A stretch of DNA of 42,273 nucleotides, from IMG/VR virus record IMGVR_UViG_3300025654_000018, positions 1 to 42,273 of that record; one strand, 5' to 3'. Both the position numbers and the translations under genes were made by a program. The notes beneath the pieces were generated by a model. That model searched no databases. It was not told the origin of the DNA and saw only the letters and a program-made list of their open reading frames with translations. Below are positions 16,062 through 25,141 of the stretch, one piece after another (the stretch's first letter is position 1; each line of letters opens with the position of its first letter). Source of the DNA: a virus (taxonomy: Duplodnaviria; Caudoviricetes).

Positions 16062-16604
16062 TTATTCTTCTACCATTTTCATAGCCTGATGGAGTGTCTC
16101 AGTGTTTCTTCTGCTCCATCCTCTACCAAAGTGTTTGTAGTCGTCTAGTCCTTCATAGAAGGCTTGTCTGACTGTGTAGACGTAGTCTATTATGAACTTA
16201 GGGTCTTTCTCCATTATTAGACCTAATGTCTGATTACCTATAGCTCCATCTTGAGTAGCACCTACTGCTCTTTGTACTGCTTTAGATGGTCTACTTTTTC
16301 CAGAATTCACACACCAGTCCAGAACTGCCCAGTCTAAGCCCGATGGAAGTGAGTCAAAGCGAATAGGATCAGCGTAGTTCTTGCGGTAGATGGGGGCTAC
16401 ATCATCAGGCGTAAGTGCCTTCATGACTTCTATTGGTGCTGGCTCTCCAGTCCAGTCAGCGTAGACCCTTGAGGTGACACCAAGCATAGTTGAGCCTTGG
16501 TTCCCATGTCCATCTCCAGCGTTACCTTTGTCACGTTTATCTGCCGTGAAGCCCCCTTCGTGAGCCAAAAGCATCTCTAGGCACTTATCAAAGTTACTCT
16601 TCAT
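16062..16604 (-). CDS. Endolysin, glycoside hydrolase family 108 with PG-binding domain
   Basis: HEGGF..D.G..TMLGVT; DWCVNSG; FGRGWSRR. Confidence 0.92.
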   Translation of the reverse strand: MKSNFDKCLEMLLAHEGGFTADKRDKGNAGDGHGNQGSTMLGVTSRVYADWTGEPAPIEVMKALTPDDVAPIYRKNYADPIRFDSLPSGLDWAVLDWCVNSGKSRPSKAVQRAVGATQDGAIGNQTLGLIMEKDPKFIIDYVYTVRQAFYEGLDDYKHFGRGWSRRNTETLHQAMKMVEE

Positions 16605-16948
16605 TTCTTAAAGCCTTTCATGGTTCTTACGCCAAAGCTGGCGGCAATAGACGCATACAGTGACCATTGAAACCACTGTGGAGCGGCCTCTAGGTTGGCA
16701 AAGCCTTCCTTCATGTATGGCTGTAGAGGTGGAACAAACGAGCAAGTGACAATGGCTATGAAGCATACAGTCCACGCCTCGTCTTTCCAGCTGTTGTCAC
16801 TAGCTTTGATAGCCGCTTGTTCCCAGCTGATCTCACCAGTAGCAATCTTCATCTTAGTTTCGGCTTCAGCCTTCTTAACGACAGTCTTTGAATCTATGAC
16901 TGCACCAGCTAAGTCAGCTACCTTGCCTAATAATCCTAGTCCTAGCAT
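16601..16948 (-). CDS. Putative holin
   Basis: Hydrophobic segments, SWKDEAWT, basic C-terminus, adjacent to endolysin. Confidence 0.7.
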   Translation of the reverse strand: MLGLGLLGKVADLAGAVIDSKTVVKKAEAETKMKIATGEISWEQAAIKASDNSWKDEAWTVCFIAIVTCSFVPPLQPYMKEGFANLEAAPQWFQWSLYASIAASFGVRTMKGFKK

Positions 16949-17265
16949 TAGTAATCATCCTTCTTTTTGATGTTAGTAAAACCAAAAAACGCTGTTACTA
17001 TACCGACAACTGCTATGCAGTAAGTAGGGGCGATAGCTGTGAGGTTTTCAGAGGCTACTGTTTGCCCAACTACGTTACAACCAATGATCATCACTGGGTA
17101 AAGCAATAGTCCAGCTAATGAGAACCACACCATCTTACGCTGTTGATCTCTTTTACTGTTTTCATCTTCAATTTGCATTCTCTTGTCATCGAGTAACAGC
17201 TTGTCCCATTCGGTTTTGTCTATAGCACCACTGCCATCAACATCTGCTTTTTCAAACTCTGTCAT
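16948..17265 (-). CDS. EF-hand-containing two-TM membrane protein (holin/antiholin candidate)
   Basis: DVDGSGAIDKTE 12-residue loop, then two TM helices and KKK. Confidence 0.7.
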   Translation of the reverse strand: MTEFEKADVDGSGAIDKTEWDKLLLDDKRMQIEDENSKRDQQRKMVWFSLAGLLLYPVMIIGCNVVGQTVASENLTAIAPTYCIAVVGIVTAFFGFTNIKKKDDY

Positions 17266-17276
17266 GTATGTAATCC

Positions 17277-17729
17277 TTAGTTTAGTGGATTGTTGGCGAG
17301 GCTATCGTAAGCCTTCCAAATGTCGTCTATTTCAACTTGGTATTCGTCAAGTTTATCACCCAGAGTATCAGTGATGCCAGTCGATCTCTCAACCTGACTG
17401 CGTAAGTCCAACAAGTCTTTCTGTTGTTCCAAGATCGTTTGCATCTGCGTACTAATCGTTGATAACCTCGTGTTAAGACCACGTACATCATTGTCTGCTA
17501 CCGCCTGTTCTAGTGCTTGTATGCGTGAGTTGAAGTCTGTAGCTCTGACGTTGAACATGTCAGCTTCAGTCGTCACAAGATCAATTCCAGCTTCCACGTC
17601 ATAGAAGCGATTGAGGGTGTCATACCCATAATAAATACCGCCACTTAGTGCAGACAGTATTGGTAGTAGGACGGCTATGTACCAGCCTTTAAAGCTGAAG
17701 CCGCCTACTTTTAGCTCAGTGTCTTCCAT
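17277..17729 (-). CDS. Membrane-anchored coiled-coil protein
   Basis: N-terminal TM helix followed by heptad-rich region. Confidence 0.75.
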   Translation of the reverse strand: MEDTELKVGGFSFKGWYIAVLLPILSALSGGIYYGYDTLNRFYDVEAGIDLVTTEADMFNVRATDFNSRIQALEQAVADNDVRGLNTRLSTISTQMQTILEQQKDLLDLRSQVERSTGITDTLGDKLDEYQVEIDDIWKAYDSLANNPLN

Positions 17730-17732
17730 TGT

Positions 17733-18575
17733 TTACATGTCCTTGATTGGTGTGCCGTGCTGTTGCATGTAGGTATTTGCACCATAGATGGCTGTAGCAT
17801 CCTTCATGTCATCTGTTAGATAACCAGACCAACCAGTGCCATTGCCAGACCATGTGATGACAAACTCATCGACATTCTGCGTGTACGTGATAGCTGTGTA
17901 GTTACCAGCGACTAGATTATTAGTAGCTGTATAGCTGTCTATAGACGCTGTTAGATCAGTGTTATTTGCCGCCGCCATAAATGCACCAGCTTGCTGTGCG
18001 TACTTCTCGACGTTATCGACTGCATCATTGTATGTAGCAACTTCAGACGCCTGTATGGAATACTCGTCTGTCTGTAGCATACCTTGTAGTGCTACCTGTT
18101 CTGGCTTCGTGTCAGCTTCAGCCGCGACTGCGGATACTGTTGTTGCTGTAGCCAATATAGATGTTGCTGATGTCAGTAGGTCAACAGCTAGTGTCAGCTG
18201 GTTCATTGCCGCTGTGTGTTCTTGGGTGAACAACTGTTTGGCATCTTGTGCTGTAGCGTAGTCGTGTGCAACTACTTTGTCTAAGGCCGCCTCGTATGCG
18301 ATGAACTGTGCTGTTGTTATCTTACCGCCATCAAGTGCATCGTCGATGACCACACGACCTACTGTTGCGTATCCGACAGCACCATTACGCAACTGACCAC
18401 TTGCAAGTAACCTGTTGTTGATGATGTCAATCGTTCCCTTTAGTTCCGTTATCTTCTGTGCCCCTGTCTGACTGTATGACGGGGGTTGGTATGACTCTGC
18501 GTGTACTGCGGAACCGCTGACTAAGAGTGCGGCTGTCGCTGACAACAGTAGCTTTTGCTTTTGTTTCTTCATCAC
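17733..18575 (-). CDS. Exported helical hypothetical protein
   Basis: Signal peptide KKQKQKLLLSATAALLVSGSAVHA; Ala/Thr-rich. Confidence 0.75.
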   Translation of the reverse strand: MMKKQKQKLLLSATAALLVSGSAVHAESYQPPSYSQTGAQKITELKGTIDIINNRLLASGQLRNGAVGYATVGRVVIDDALDGGKITTAQFIAYEAALDKVVAHDYATAQDAKQLFTQEHTAAMNQLTLAVDLLTSATSILATATTVSAVAAEADTKPEQVALQGMLQTDEYSIQASEVATYNDAVDNVEKYAQQAGAFMAAANNTDLTASIDSYTATNNLVAGNYTAITYTQNVDEFVITWSGNGTGWSGYLTDDMKDATAIYGANTYMQQHGTPIKDM

Positions 18576-19164
18576 TTAAATCTTCTCCAATTCTGAGCAG
18601 AGTGTCCCAGAATACTTTGTTAGGCTCATAGCCAATAATGTAGACATCTGGGTGTTCTCTGTATTTATCTATTGCCGCTTTACCCATTAGGATTTTACCA
18701 GTGACCACATCCATGATTGGACAGGGTGTGCTGGCTAACATCATGCTACGGAATACGTTGCCATCTGGCGAACTACACAGGACTGATATGGCTGAGACTT
18801 GTAGTCCCAGTCCTCCGATTTGCTGTGGTGTTCCTAGTAGTCTTGCGTTCTTGCGGCGGTTACAGTGCTCATCCTGTTGCATACTGCCTTGAGAGAAACC
18901 AAACATTGTCATTTGGATTCCCGATGTTGTGGGTAGGAGACAACTATCGTTACCACCACCGCCCATAACTGTAGGGGCAATAGAGGACATTACAGGTGCG
19001 GCCTGAGAAGCCCCAGCGGCATTGTAATTGTTGGTTTCGTTAGTTGTCGCGTTGTTACTATCGACTTCACTGTCTTGGTAGTTGTTACTGAAGTCTCCAT
19101 TGATGTCGTTTGCATACGCTGAAGTTGTCAGCAGTATTAATATAGGGGTGAGTAGTTTCCACAT
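18427..19164 (-). CDS. Exported Cys-containing hypothetical protein
   Basis: Signal peptide ending AYA; Asn-rich linker; SC..C.RRKNA..LC..TPCP. Confidence 0.8.
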   Translation of the reverse strand: MWKLLTPILILLTTSAYANDINGDFSNNYQDSEVDSNNATTNETNNYNAAGASQAAPVMSSIAPTVMGGGGNDSCLLPTTSGIQMTMFGFSQGSMQQDEHCNRRKNARLLGTPQQIGGLGLQVSAISVLCSSPDGNVFRSMMLASTPCPIMDVVTGKILMGKAAIDKYREHPDVYIIGYEPNKVFWDTLLRIGEDLSDEETKAKATVVSDSRTLSQRFRSTRRVIPTPVIQSDRGTEDNGTKGND

Positions 19165-19388
19165 TCTTCAACCATAACTTTCTCTACTTTGTAATCTTGG
19201 CACATCAGCTTCGTCGCCGCATCCTTGTGACCAATATAGGCCAGTGTCTGTGCGTTTAGATTACGTTCACAGACTGTATCTCCCATAGGACATGAGGACG
19301 GAAATGCTATCGGAGTGTCTACATGAATTTCGGGGATACAGGCTGTTGTTAGTGATAAGGTTGTCAGTGCTAGGACAAGCCTAGTCAT
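19137..19388 (-). CDS. Putative lipoprotein
   Basis: Signal peptide with lipobox-like LTTA-C; four further Cys. Confidence 0.7.
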   Translation of the reverse strand: MTRLVLALTTLSLTTACIPEIHVDTPIAFPSSCPMGDTVCERNLNAQTLAYIGHKDAATKLMCQDYKVEKVMVEECGNYSPLY

Positions 19389-19653
19389 CGCGGTCTGCCA
19401 TCTTTTCGACTGATGTGCGGATGTGTTCTATGTTCACGTCTATCCGTGCCATAGAGACAGCTTGCGATTGAACCATCTGTTCTACTTTAGATATACGTTG
19501 TCCGAACTCAACGATGTCTGTCTGGTTTTCTTGGATGTCTGCCATCATCATGGAGACAGTCCATACGATTGCTCCAGCTTGTGTGATGAGGCCGAGTAGT
19601 AGGGTTACAGGGACACTCTTGGCTATGTGCCAGCCATCAGTAGTGTCTGTCAT
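19381..19653 (-). CDS. Small membrane protein with coiled coil
   Basis: Hydrophobic segment followed by heptads. Confidence 0.7.
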   Translation of the reverse strand: MTDTTDGWHIAKSVPVTLLLGLITQAGAIVWTVSMMMADIQENQTDIVEFGQRISKVEQMVQSQAVSMARIDVNIEHIRTSVEKMADRDD

Positions 19654-19838
19654 CAGTCAGCATCCGCAATAGTCAGAGTACCAGCTTCGACTTGCTTGAG
19701 TATCTCTGCGTAGTGCCTGTTGGCTGGAGCTAGTGGGACTGACATCTCTTGTCCGTCTATTGTGCAATTTACACAACAGTTTACATCACTAGAGTTTTTA
19801 CCATATTGTGCATTTGTAATTGTCATATTATTTTCCAT
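19653..19838 (-). CDS. Small tail-fibre-associated protein
   Basis: VPLAPANRHYAEI..GTLTIADAD motif; directly downstream of a fibre gene. Confidence 0.65.
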   Translation of the reverse strand: MENNMTITNAQYGKNSSDVNCCVNCTIDGQEMSVPLAPANRHYAEILKQVEAGTLTIADAD

Positions 19839-19840
19839 GA

Positions 19841-20881
19841 TTATAACTCCGCACTAAGGCTTACTATTGCCGCTTCAACTTTTGAAAACACAATGCCACC
19901 TTGCCCTGCCGTACCACTGACTTCAGTGTTGTTGAAAAGATTAACTTGCCTTGGATTTCCTGCGCCAGAGTCTATGCTTATACTATTAAACGCATCTTGC
20001 GCCCCATTCCTACTAAAACCATAGTAGTTTGTCCCTGCAACACGTTCTAAGGTAGGCTCAGTTCTCATTTCAACTTCCATTTTATAGATACCTTCTAGAA
20101 AAGTAGAATTGTGCATTACGCCAGTCATTATTGCTGAAACATTAATACCACTTTCTCCTCCTGCGATTCGTTGGAAGTATCTTTTGCAAGCTAAAAGTTC
20201 ATCTCCGTATGACCTATGCTCGAATGGAGTAGCAGTGTCGCCGTGTTCCCACTGAAGTCCCGTGATGTCTAATGTCCATGCGGCTGTAGAAGTTGATGAA
20301 TCTTGACCAAAAAGAACTGAACCAAAATTTCCAGCACCAACTGTTTTACCTGTAATTGAAGGCATTACAATATCAAACTCAAATCTTTGCCATGTGCTAG
20401 TTACAGTAAAACTTTGTGCAGATGTATATACGTCAGCAGAACCACTTGAACCAAAAGCCTGATGGAATTTAACTGCGAGAACATCTGCACCAGAGCCTTT
20501 GGCATAGAATGATAGCTTCATTGTACCTACAAATTTAGATACATCTTCTGTTCTATTCATTAATATATGATTATCGTTTCCTGCGGTACATTCATGGCGT
20601 AAAAACTTTGTAAACTGTACAGGTAAACCTGTTTCACCGCCCACTGTAACTGTTTGTTGGCTTTGATTGTATGTACCGCCAGAGCCGTTTACACGAATTC
20701 TATCTACAGTTTTATACCCAGTAGCTGTCTGACTACTTACGCTCGTTGATCTTTGGCTAATAGCCATTGAACCATTGATTATCAAGTTTCTGTTCGACAA
20801 AGCCCCTGCATCATAAGCATCATTGATCTCATCTAAGCTAGTCTTGTTGCCTAAGTCGGCTAAGTCTCTTGCTTTAGTCAT
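19841..20881 (-). CDS. Tail fibre/receptor-binding protein with carbohydrate-binding-like domain
   Basis: MTKARDLA; NRNLIINGSM.ISQR; ATPFEHRSYGDELLACKRYFQ. Confidence 0.75.
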   Translation of the reverse strand: MTKARDLADLGNKTSLDEINDAYDAGALSNRNLIINGSMAISQRSTSVSSQTATGYKTVDRIRVNGSGGTYNQSQQTVTVGGETGLPVQFTKFLRHECTAGNDNHILMNRTEDVSKFVGTMKLSFYAKGSGADVLAVKFHQAFGSSGSADVYTSAQSFTVTSTWQRFEFDIVMPSITGKTVGAGNFGSVLFGQDSSTSTAAWTLDITGLQWEHGDTATPFEHRSYGDELLACKRYFQRIAGGESGINVSAIMTGVMHNSTFLEGIYKMEVEMRTEPTLERVAGTNYYGFSRNGAQDAFNSISIDSGAGNPRQVNLFNNTEVSGTAGQGGIVFSKVEAAIVSLSAEL

Positions 20882-20897
20882 TGGCTACTATCCTTAT

Positions 20898-21176
20898 TTA
20901 TATTTCTTGTGCATCCATTACAGTCTGGTATGCAGTCTTCACTGCGTCTGTCCAAACTGCATTGCATATTGCTTGTACTTCGGTGGACTGATCACTGATG
21001 TCAGTGTCTGCCCATGTATCACCTGATTTAGTTGAGCAAGATAATGAGTGACGATGGAATGATCTGCTGATCTCTGTACCATCTCGTGCAATAACCGTAG
21101 CTGTACGAATCTGCACATGCTTGTGATCTCCTACGACTTCAATCTTATCTTCTACTTGTGTTTCTGTTAGTGCCAT
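20898..21176 (-). CDS. Tail-fibre-associated small protein
   Basis: MALTE..EDKIEVV..ISRSFHRH; AGGAGG RBS; located between fibre genes. Confidence 0.7.
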   Translation of the reverse strand: MALTETQVEDKIEVVGDHKHVQIRTATVIARDGTEISRSFHRHSLSCSTKSGDTWADTDISDQSTEVQAICNAVWTDAVKTAYQTVMDAQEI

Positions 21177-21237
21177 ATTGGCCTCCTGTTTTTATCGTGG
21201 CGTTATTGCCACCTGTCCGACCCAATCTCTGAGAGGG

Positions 21238-22350
21238 TTATGAGTTTGTTTCGTATGTTGCACTACATATAATATGACCTGCATCTACAAATGAACCTGC
21301 TACACTTTCATCGTTGTTTTTAAAAAACTGTATATAGGATGTTCCAGACCCGATCCTAGTATGTAATCTATTAAGGTTGCTGTTAGCTGTTGATATATTT
21401 GCAGTACCAACTACATAAGTAGTAGATGTAAATGGTAGTCCTGTAATTGCGGCGTGTCCAGCACCCCCACTGGTGTTTGTAGAGTTTACCCAGCACCATA
21501 TTGTTACTGACTTTCCAATCTTTACATAAGTTGCGTAGGTTATACTACCTATAGTGAAATTACTACCTACAGGAGTCCATGTACCCTCTTCATAATCTTC
21601 CAGCTTATTAGCCGACCCAGTGCCACCGAGGTATACACCGCCTGATAGGTAGAGGTCTTTGAAGCGAACTGTAGGTGCGCCTAAATCAGATGTGCCATCT
21701 TGTGGTGCGCCTCCAGTGTTTGCAGGAACTGTACCTCCATCAGAGAAATATAGACCTTTGGTATTTCCAGAACCCCCTGCAATATAAAGATTATCACTTG
21801 CGGCTACCCCAATACTACCTACAGATGCGTTGGCTTTGCGAAACTCTATGTGCGTTCCATCTGAGGCTTCTCGATTTAATAACACTAAGCGGTCAGCGGC
21901 ATTAGTTCTATTATTTGTAAAAGACATAAAATGATCAGGTATCACTCGAAGTCCGTCAGCAGTACCACTAGAGGATGCCATACCCACCAACACATTCTCT
22001 GAGCTATCAATCGTGAGTGCTGTGGCGTTAGCATTGTCGTCAATGCCTTGCGAGGTGAACGCACCAGTGACTGTGAAGTTAGTTGCACCTGTTACATTAG
22101 CTGTATCAAATGCTGTGTAAGCAACAACCTCTAGGATGTCACCTGTAGCCGCACCTGATGCTAAGACAACATCTGAGCCATTCGTAGCTGTATAATCTGC
22201 GGAAGCTAACTTAACTCCATTGAGATATACGTCTAGGAAGTTAGGAGTGTAGCCACCTGTAGCAAACGATGTCTGCCCAGATGTAGCTGTGAAGCTATCC
22301 CTTGTCTGGGTAGCCTGTGGTACTGGCTGTGTGCCTATGTATCCTGACAT
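21238..22350 (-). CDS. Tail fibre protein
   Basis: MSGYIG; DVYLNGVKL..DYTA; RFKDLYLSGG; LEDYEEGTWTP. Confidence 0.8.
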   Translation of the reverse strand: MSGYIGTQPVPQATQTRDSFTATSGQTSFATGGYTPNFLDVYLNGVKLASADYTATNGSDVVLASGAATGDILEVVAYTAFDTANVTGATNFTVTGAFTSQGIDDNANATALTIDSSENVLVGMASSSGTADGLRVIPDHFMSFTNNRTNAADRLVLLNREASDGTHIEFRKANASVGSIGVAASDNLYIAGGSGNTKGLYFSDGGTVPANTGGAPQDGTSDLGAPTVRFKDLYLSGGVYLGGTGSANKLEDYEEGTWTPVGSNFTIGSITYATYVKIGKSVTIWCWVNSTNTSGGAGHAAITGLPFTSTTYVVGTANISTANSNLNRLHTRIGSGTSYIQFFKNNDESVAGSFVDAGHIICSATYETNS

Positions 22351-22353
22351 GTG

Positions 22354-23802
22354 TTAAGCCTCCAATGCTTCTACCCTAGTCTTTAGGGATGCTATTTCTG
22401 TTAATGCTTCTTGTAGTGCGGCTGTAAGTAATGGCACTAACTTGCTTTGGTCTATGCCTTGGTAATCAGGAACACTACGAGTACCCATGACAGCTTCAAC
22501 TGCGGCTGTTAGTTCGTTACCATCTTCATCATAAGTAGCTTCGACTGCTGGAGTTACTTCGTACTCTTCGTCTTTCATTGCGTCTTTAGTGCCAGTGATT
22601 GCTTCTGGTACTACTGTTGCAACTTCGTGAGCTAAAAAGCCATCTACGAGTGTATTAGTATCATCGTCTATAAAGTTAAATCGTTTAACATCTAGTTGGT
22701 TAACTCTTGCAGATGCACCTGTTAGGTCTACTACGTTTTCTTTTAGTCTGTAGTCTGATGATGTGTTGTAGGATGTGGCTGAACCCGACCAAGTTATAGT
22801 ACCAACTGACGTATTGTCCACCCTGCGAAAAACAAGGCCATAACCCCCATCGTTGCCGTTACGGAAAGTTGCACAATGATGTCCATTGCTACCAGATATT
22901 TGCAACTTACCAGCGCCAGATGTCTCTGTAGTTTGACTTACCAACAAGTTGCCTGACGAGCTGATGCGCATACGTTCTGTTGATGTACTTGTTCCAGCTT
23001 GGTTAGTGTGAAGAGCCATTGTCGAGCCGTTAGCAGAACCTTCTGCGTAACCAATTATTTCTACATATTTAGCAGCAGTTTCCGAGATTCTTATTTTTCC
23101 TCCACCAGACTTTAAAACTTCAAGGCCAGCATTTGGACTCGTAGTCCCAATACCAACTTGGCCTGAGTTGTCGATGCGCATACGTTCTGAGCCAAAACTG
23201 TTTTTTGTTGTTGCTCCTGTTCTAAAAGATAAATGACCACTGCCTGTGTTATCAATACTGACATTTGTAGTTGAACCACCAGATTCACTTGCAAGAAATA
23301 TTGGAACAGATGCACCTGAAGTTGTGTTTGTGTTGTGAAGCAGTATTCCTGTGTTTACTGTTGATGCTTCAATATCCAACTTTTGAGTAACACTACTCGT
23401 CCCAATGCCAACGTTGCCTGACGAGTCTATGGTCATAGCTTTTGTATATGTTCCATTAACTTCTGCGGTATTACTAGCAGTATAGTTAAATGACATCCCA
23501 ACGCCACCAGCTGAGTTTCTTTCGGATTGTATTTTAGCACCACCCGATGTACCATCTCTAGTAAACTCTAACTTTGCATTATAAAATGAGCCTGACAGAG
23601 GGTTTTGAATTAGTATGCCGTCAGTGCTAGACCCACCGCTTACGTGTAGAACATCACTAGGCGAACTCGTACCAATACCAACATTAGAACCACTAACTGT
23701 TATTACACTGCTAGGATCATTTACAAACTCAGCATCAGCTTCAGCTTCCGTGTATCCATCAACAAGTGTGACAGATGATTTACTTCCTATATATCCAGCC
23801 AT
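22354..23802 (-). CDS. Tail fibre protein with C-terminal intramolecular chaperone (peptidase S74)
   Basis: Repeated ERMRIxxSGxVGIGT; TSSDYRLKEN; GFLAHEV; C-terminal coiled coil. Confidence 0.9.
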   Translation of the reverse strand: MAGYIGSKSSVTLVDGYTEAEADAEFVNDPSSVITVSGSNVGIGTSSPSDVLHVSGGSSTDGILIQNPLSGSFYNAKLEFTRDGTSGGAKIQSERNSAGGVGMSFNYTASNTAEVNGTYTKAMTIDSSGNVGIGTSSVTQKLDIEASTVNTGILLHNTNTTSGASVPIFLASESGGSTTNVSIDNTGSGHLSFRTGATTKNSFGSERMRIDNSGQVGIGTTSPNAGLEVLKSGGGKIRISETAAKYVEIIGYAEGSANGSTMALHTNQAGTSTSTERMRISSSGNLLVSQTTETSGAGKLQISGSNGHHCATFRNGNDGGYGLVFRRVDNTSVGTITWSGSATSYNTSSDYRLKENVVDLTGASARVNQLDVKRFNFIDDDTNTLVDGFLAHEVATVVPEAITGTKDAMKDEEYEVTPAVEATYDEDGNELTAAVEAVMGTRSVPDYQGIDQSKLVPLLTAALQEALTEIASLKTRVEALEA

Positions 23803-23803
23803 A

Positions 23804-24112
23804 TTATGTTTGCTCCAGTACGCTCACGATCACATCACAAGATGATGCAGTGTCAGATGTTACGACAACTGTGTCTGTAGTCTCCAAGATGATCTTACCA
23901 TCCAAGACTGATAGAGCCGACCCAGAAGGTATCGGCGCACCTTTGATGACGTATGCCCCTGCCGCTTGGACATCCACTTTGATCTGTGACGTTGTTCGGT
24001 TTGCTAAGTTACACCCAATCATTACTGAGGTAGTTGCTGATGGGACTGTGTATGTTGTAGTAGCACCCGTCCCAACGGATGCACTTGTGTAATTCTTGAA
24101 TGTATTTGCCAT
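23804..24112 (-). CDS. Small virion/tail structural protein
   Basis: 102 aa beta-rich MANTFK..GKIILE..SVLE; in tail operon. Confidence 0.7.
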   Translation of the reverse strand: MANTFKNYTSASVGTGATTTYTVPSATTSVMIGCNLANRTTSQIKVDVQAAGAYVIKGAPIPSGSALSVLDGKIILETTDTVVVTSDTASSCDVIVSVLEQT

Positions 24113-24118
24113 TTTTGA

Positions 24119-25138
24119 TTATCCTAATGCTATGCTCAAAGCTAATGCTTCGTCAGTTGTTCCGTATCCAGCAGTAGCGTGGTTTCCCCACCCGTGAGCC
24201 GTGTCAGCTTTAGTGCCTTGTGCGCCTGTAGCGTACCCAGCAGACGCATGATTACCCCAGCCATGTGCAGTGTCTGCCTTAGTGCCTTGAGACGCTGTAG
24301 CGTAGTCTGAAGAGGCTGTAGCGGCGGCTGTTCCTAGTGTTGGTTTTCCTGAGAGGGAGCTGTAAGCACCATCAAAGAAACTGTCAGTAATTCCATAGCC
24401 AGCTAATGTAGTTGGCTTTCCTGTAAGGGAGGTGAAGGTGTGGACGTGAGATGCTACTGCGTAAGCAGAGGCGGCTGTAGTTGCCGCTGTCCCTAGACCT
24501 AAATTGGTTCTTGCAGTCCCAGCGTTTGCTAGGTCAGACAGATTGTTTGCCTTTAGTGCCGCTGAAGATTGTGCCGCAATGGATGCGTCCTTCGCAACTA
24601 CAGACGCATCACGGGCGGCTTCAGATGCCGCTTGTGCTGTCTCTGCATTTGTTTCAGCAGTTTCTGCATTTGCTTGTGCTGTTGACGCGCTGGCGGCTGA
24701 AGTCGATCCTTCTGAGGCTTTTGTAGTTGCCGTTGATGCTGAAGTAGCCGCATTGTTTGCTTGGGTTGTTGCAAGGGCAACTTGTGCTGTTGCTAAAGTA
24801 ACTTGAGCCGCACCATTGGTAGTTGCGTCTGTTGCCGAGTTTCCACTTGCAACTTTACTGGCTTCAGATGCTACGGCTGATGCGGCGGCTTCTGAGGCTT
24901 TTGTAGTTGCCGTTGATGCAGATGATGCCGAAGCAACACTAGCGGCTAGAGCATCTGCTTTGTACTGGTTTGTGGCAGACAGCGAAGCACTAGCTGAAGC
25001 TGAACTTGCGGCGGCATTTGATTGACTGAGGGCGGCGGCTGTTGCTGAAGAGGCGGCATTTGCGACTGCCGCATCAATTGCATTTATCTGTGTATTTGTG
25101 ATTCCAGAGTTGTTATAGAAGCTGGTCTTAGATGCCAT
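24119..25138 (-). CDS. Ala/Ser/Thr-rich tail fibre shaft protein
   Basis: Low-complexity helical region; NNLSDL..ARTNLGLG; KPTTLAGYGITD; tandem repeats. Confidence 0.75.
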   Translation of the reverse strand: MASKTSFYNNSGITNTQINAIDAAVANAASSATAAALSQSNAAASSASASASLSATNQYKADALAASVASASSASTATTKASEAAASAVASEASKVASGNSATDATTNGAAQVTLATAQVALATTQANNAATSASTATTKASEGSTSAASASTAQANAETAETNAETAQAASEAARDASVVAKDASIAAQSSAALKANNLSDLANAGTARTNLGLGTAATTAASAYAVASHVHTFTSLTGKPTTLAGYGITDSFFDGAYSSLSGKPTLGTAAATASSDYATASQGTKADTAHGWGNHASAGYATGAQGTKADTAHGWGNHATAGYGTTDEALALSIALG

Positions 25139-25141
25139 TGT

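Noticed and set aside
19841-23802. Diversity-generating retroelement or invertible fibre cassette
   Set aside because: No reverse transcriptase or invertase; no template/variable repeat pair seen
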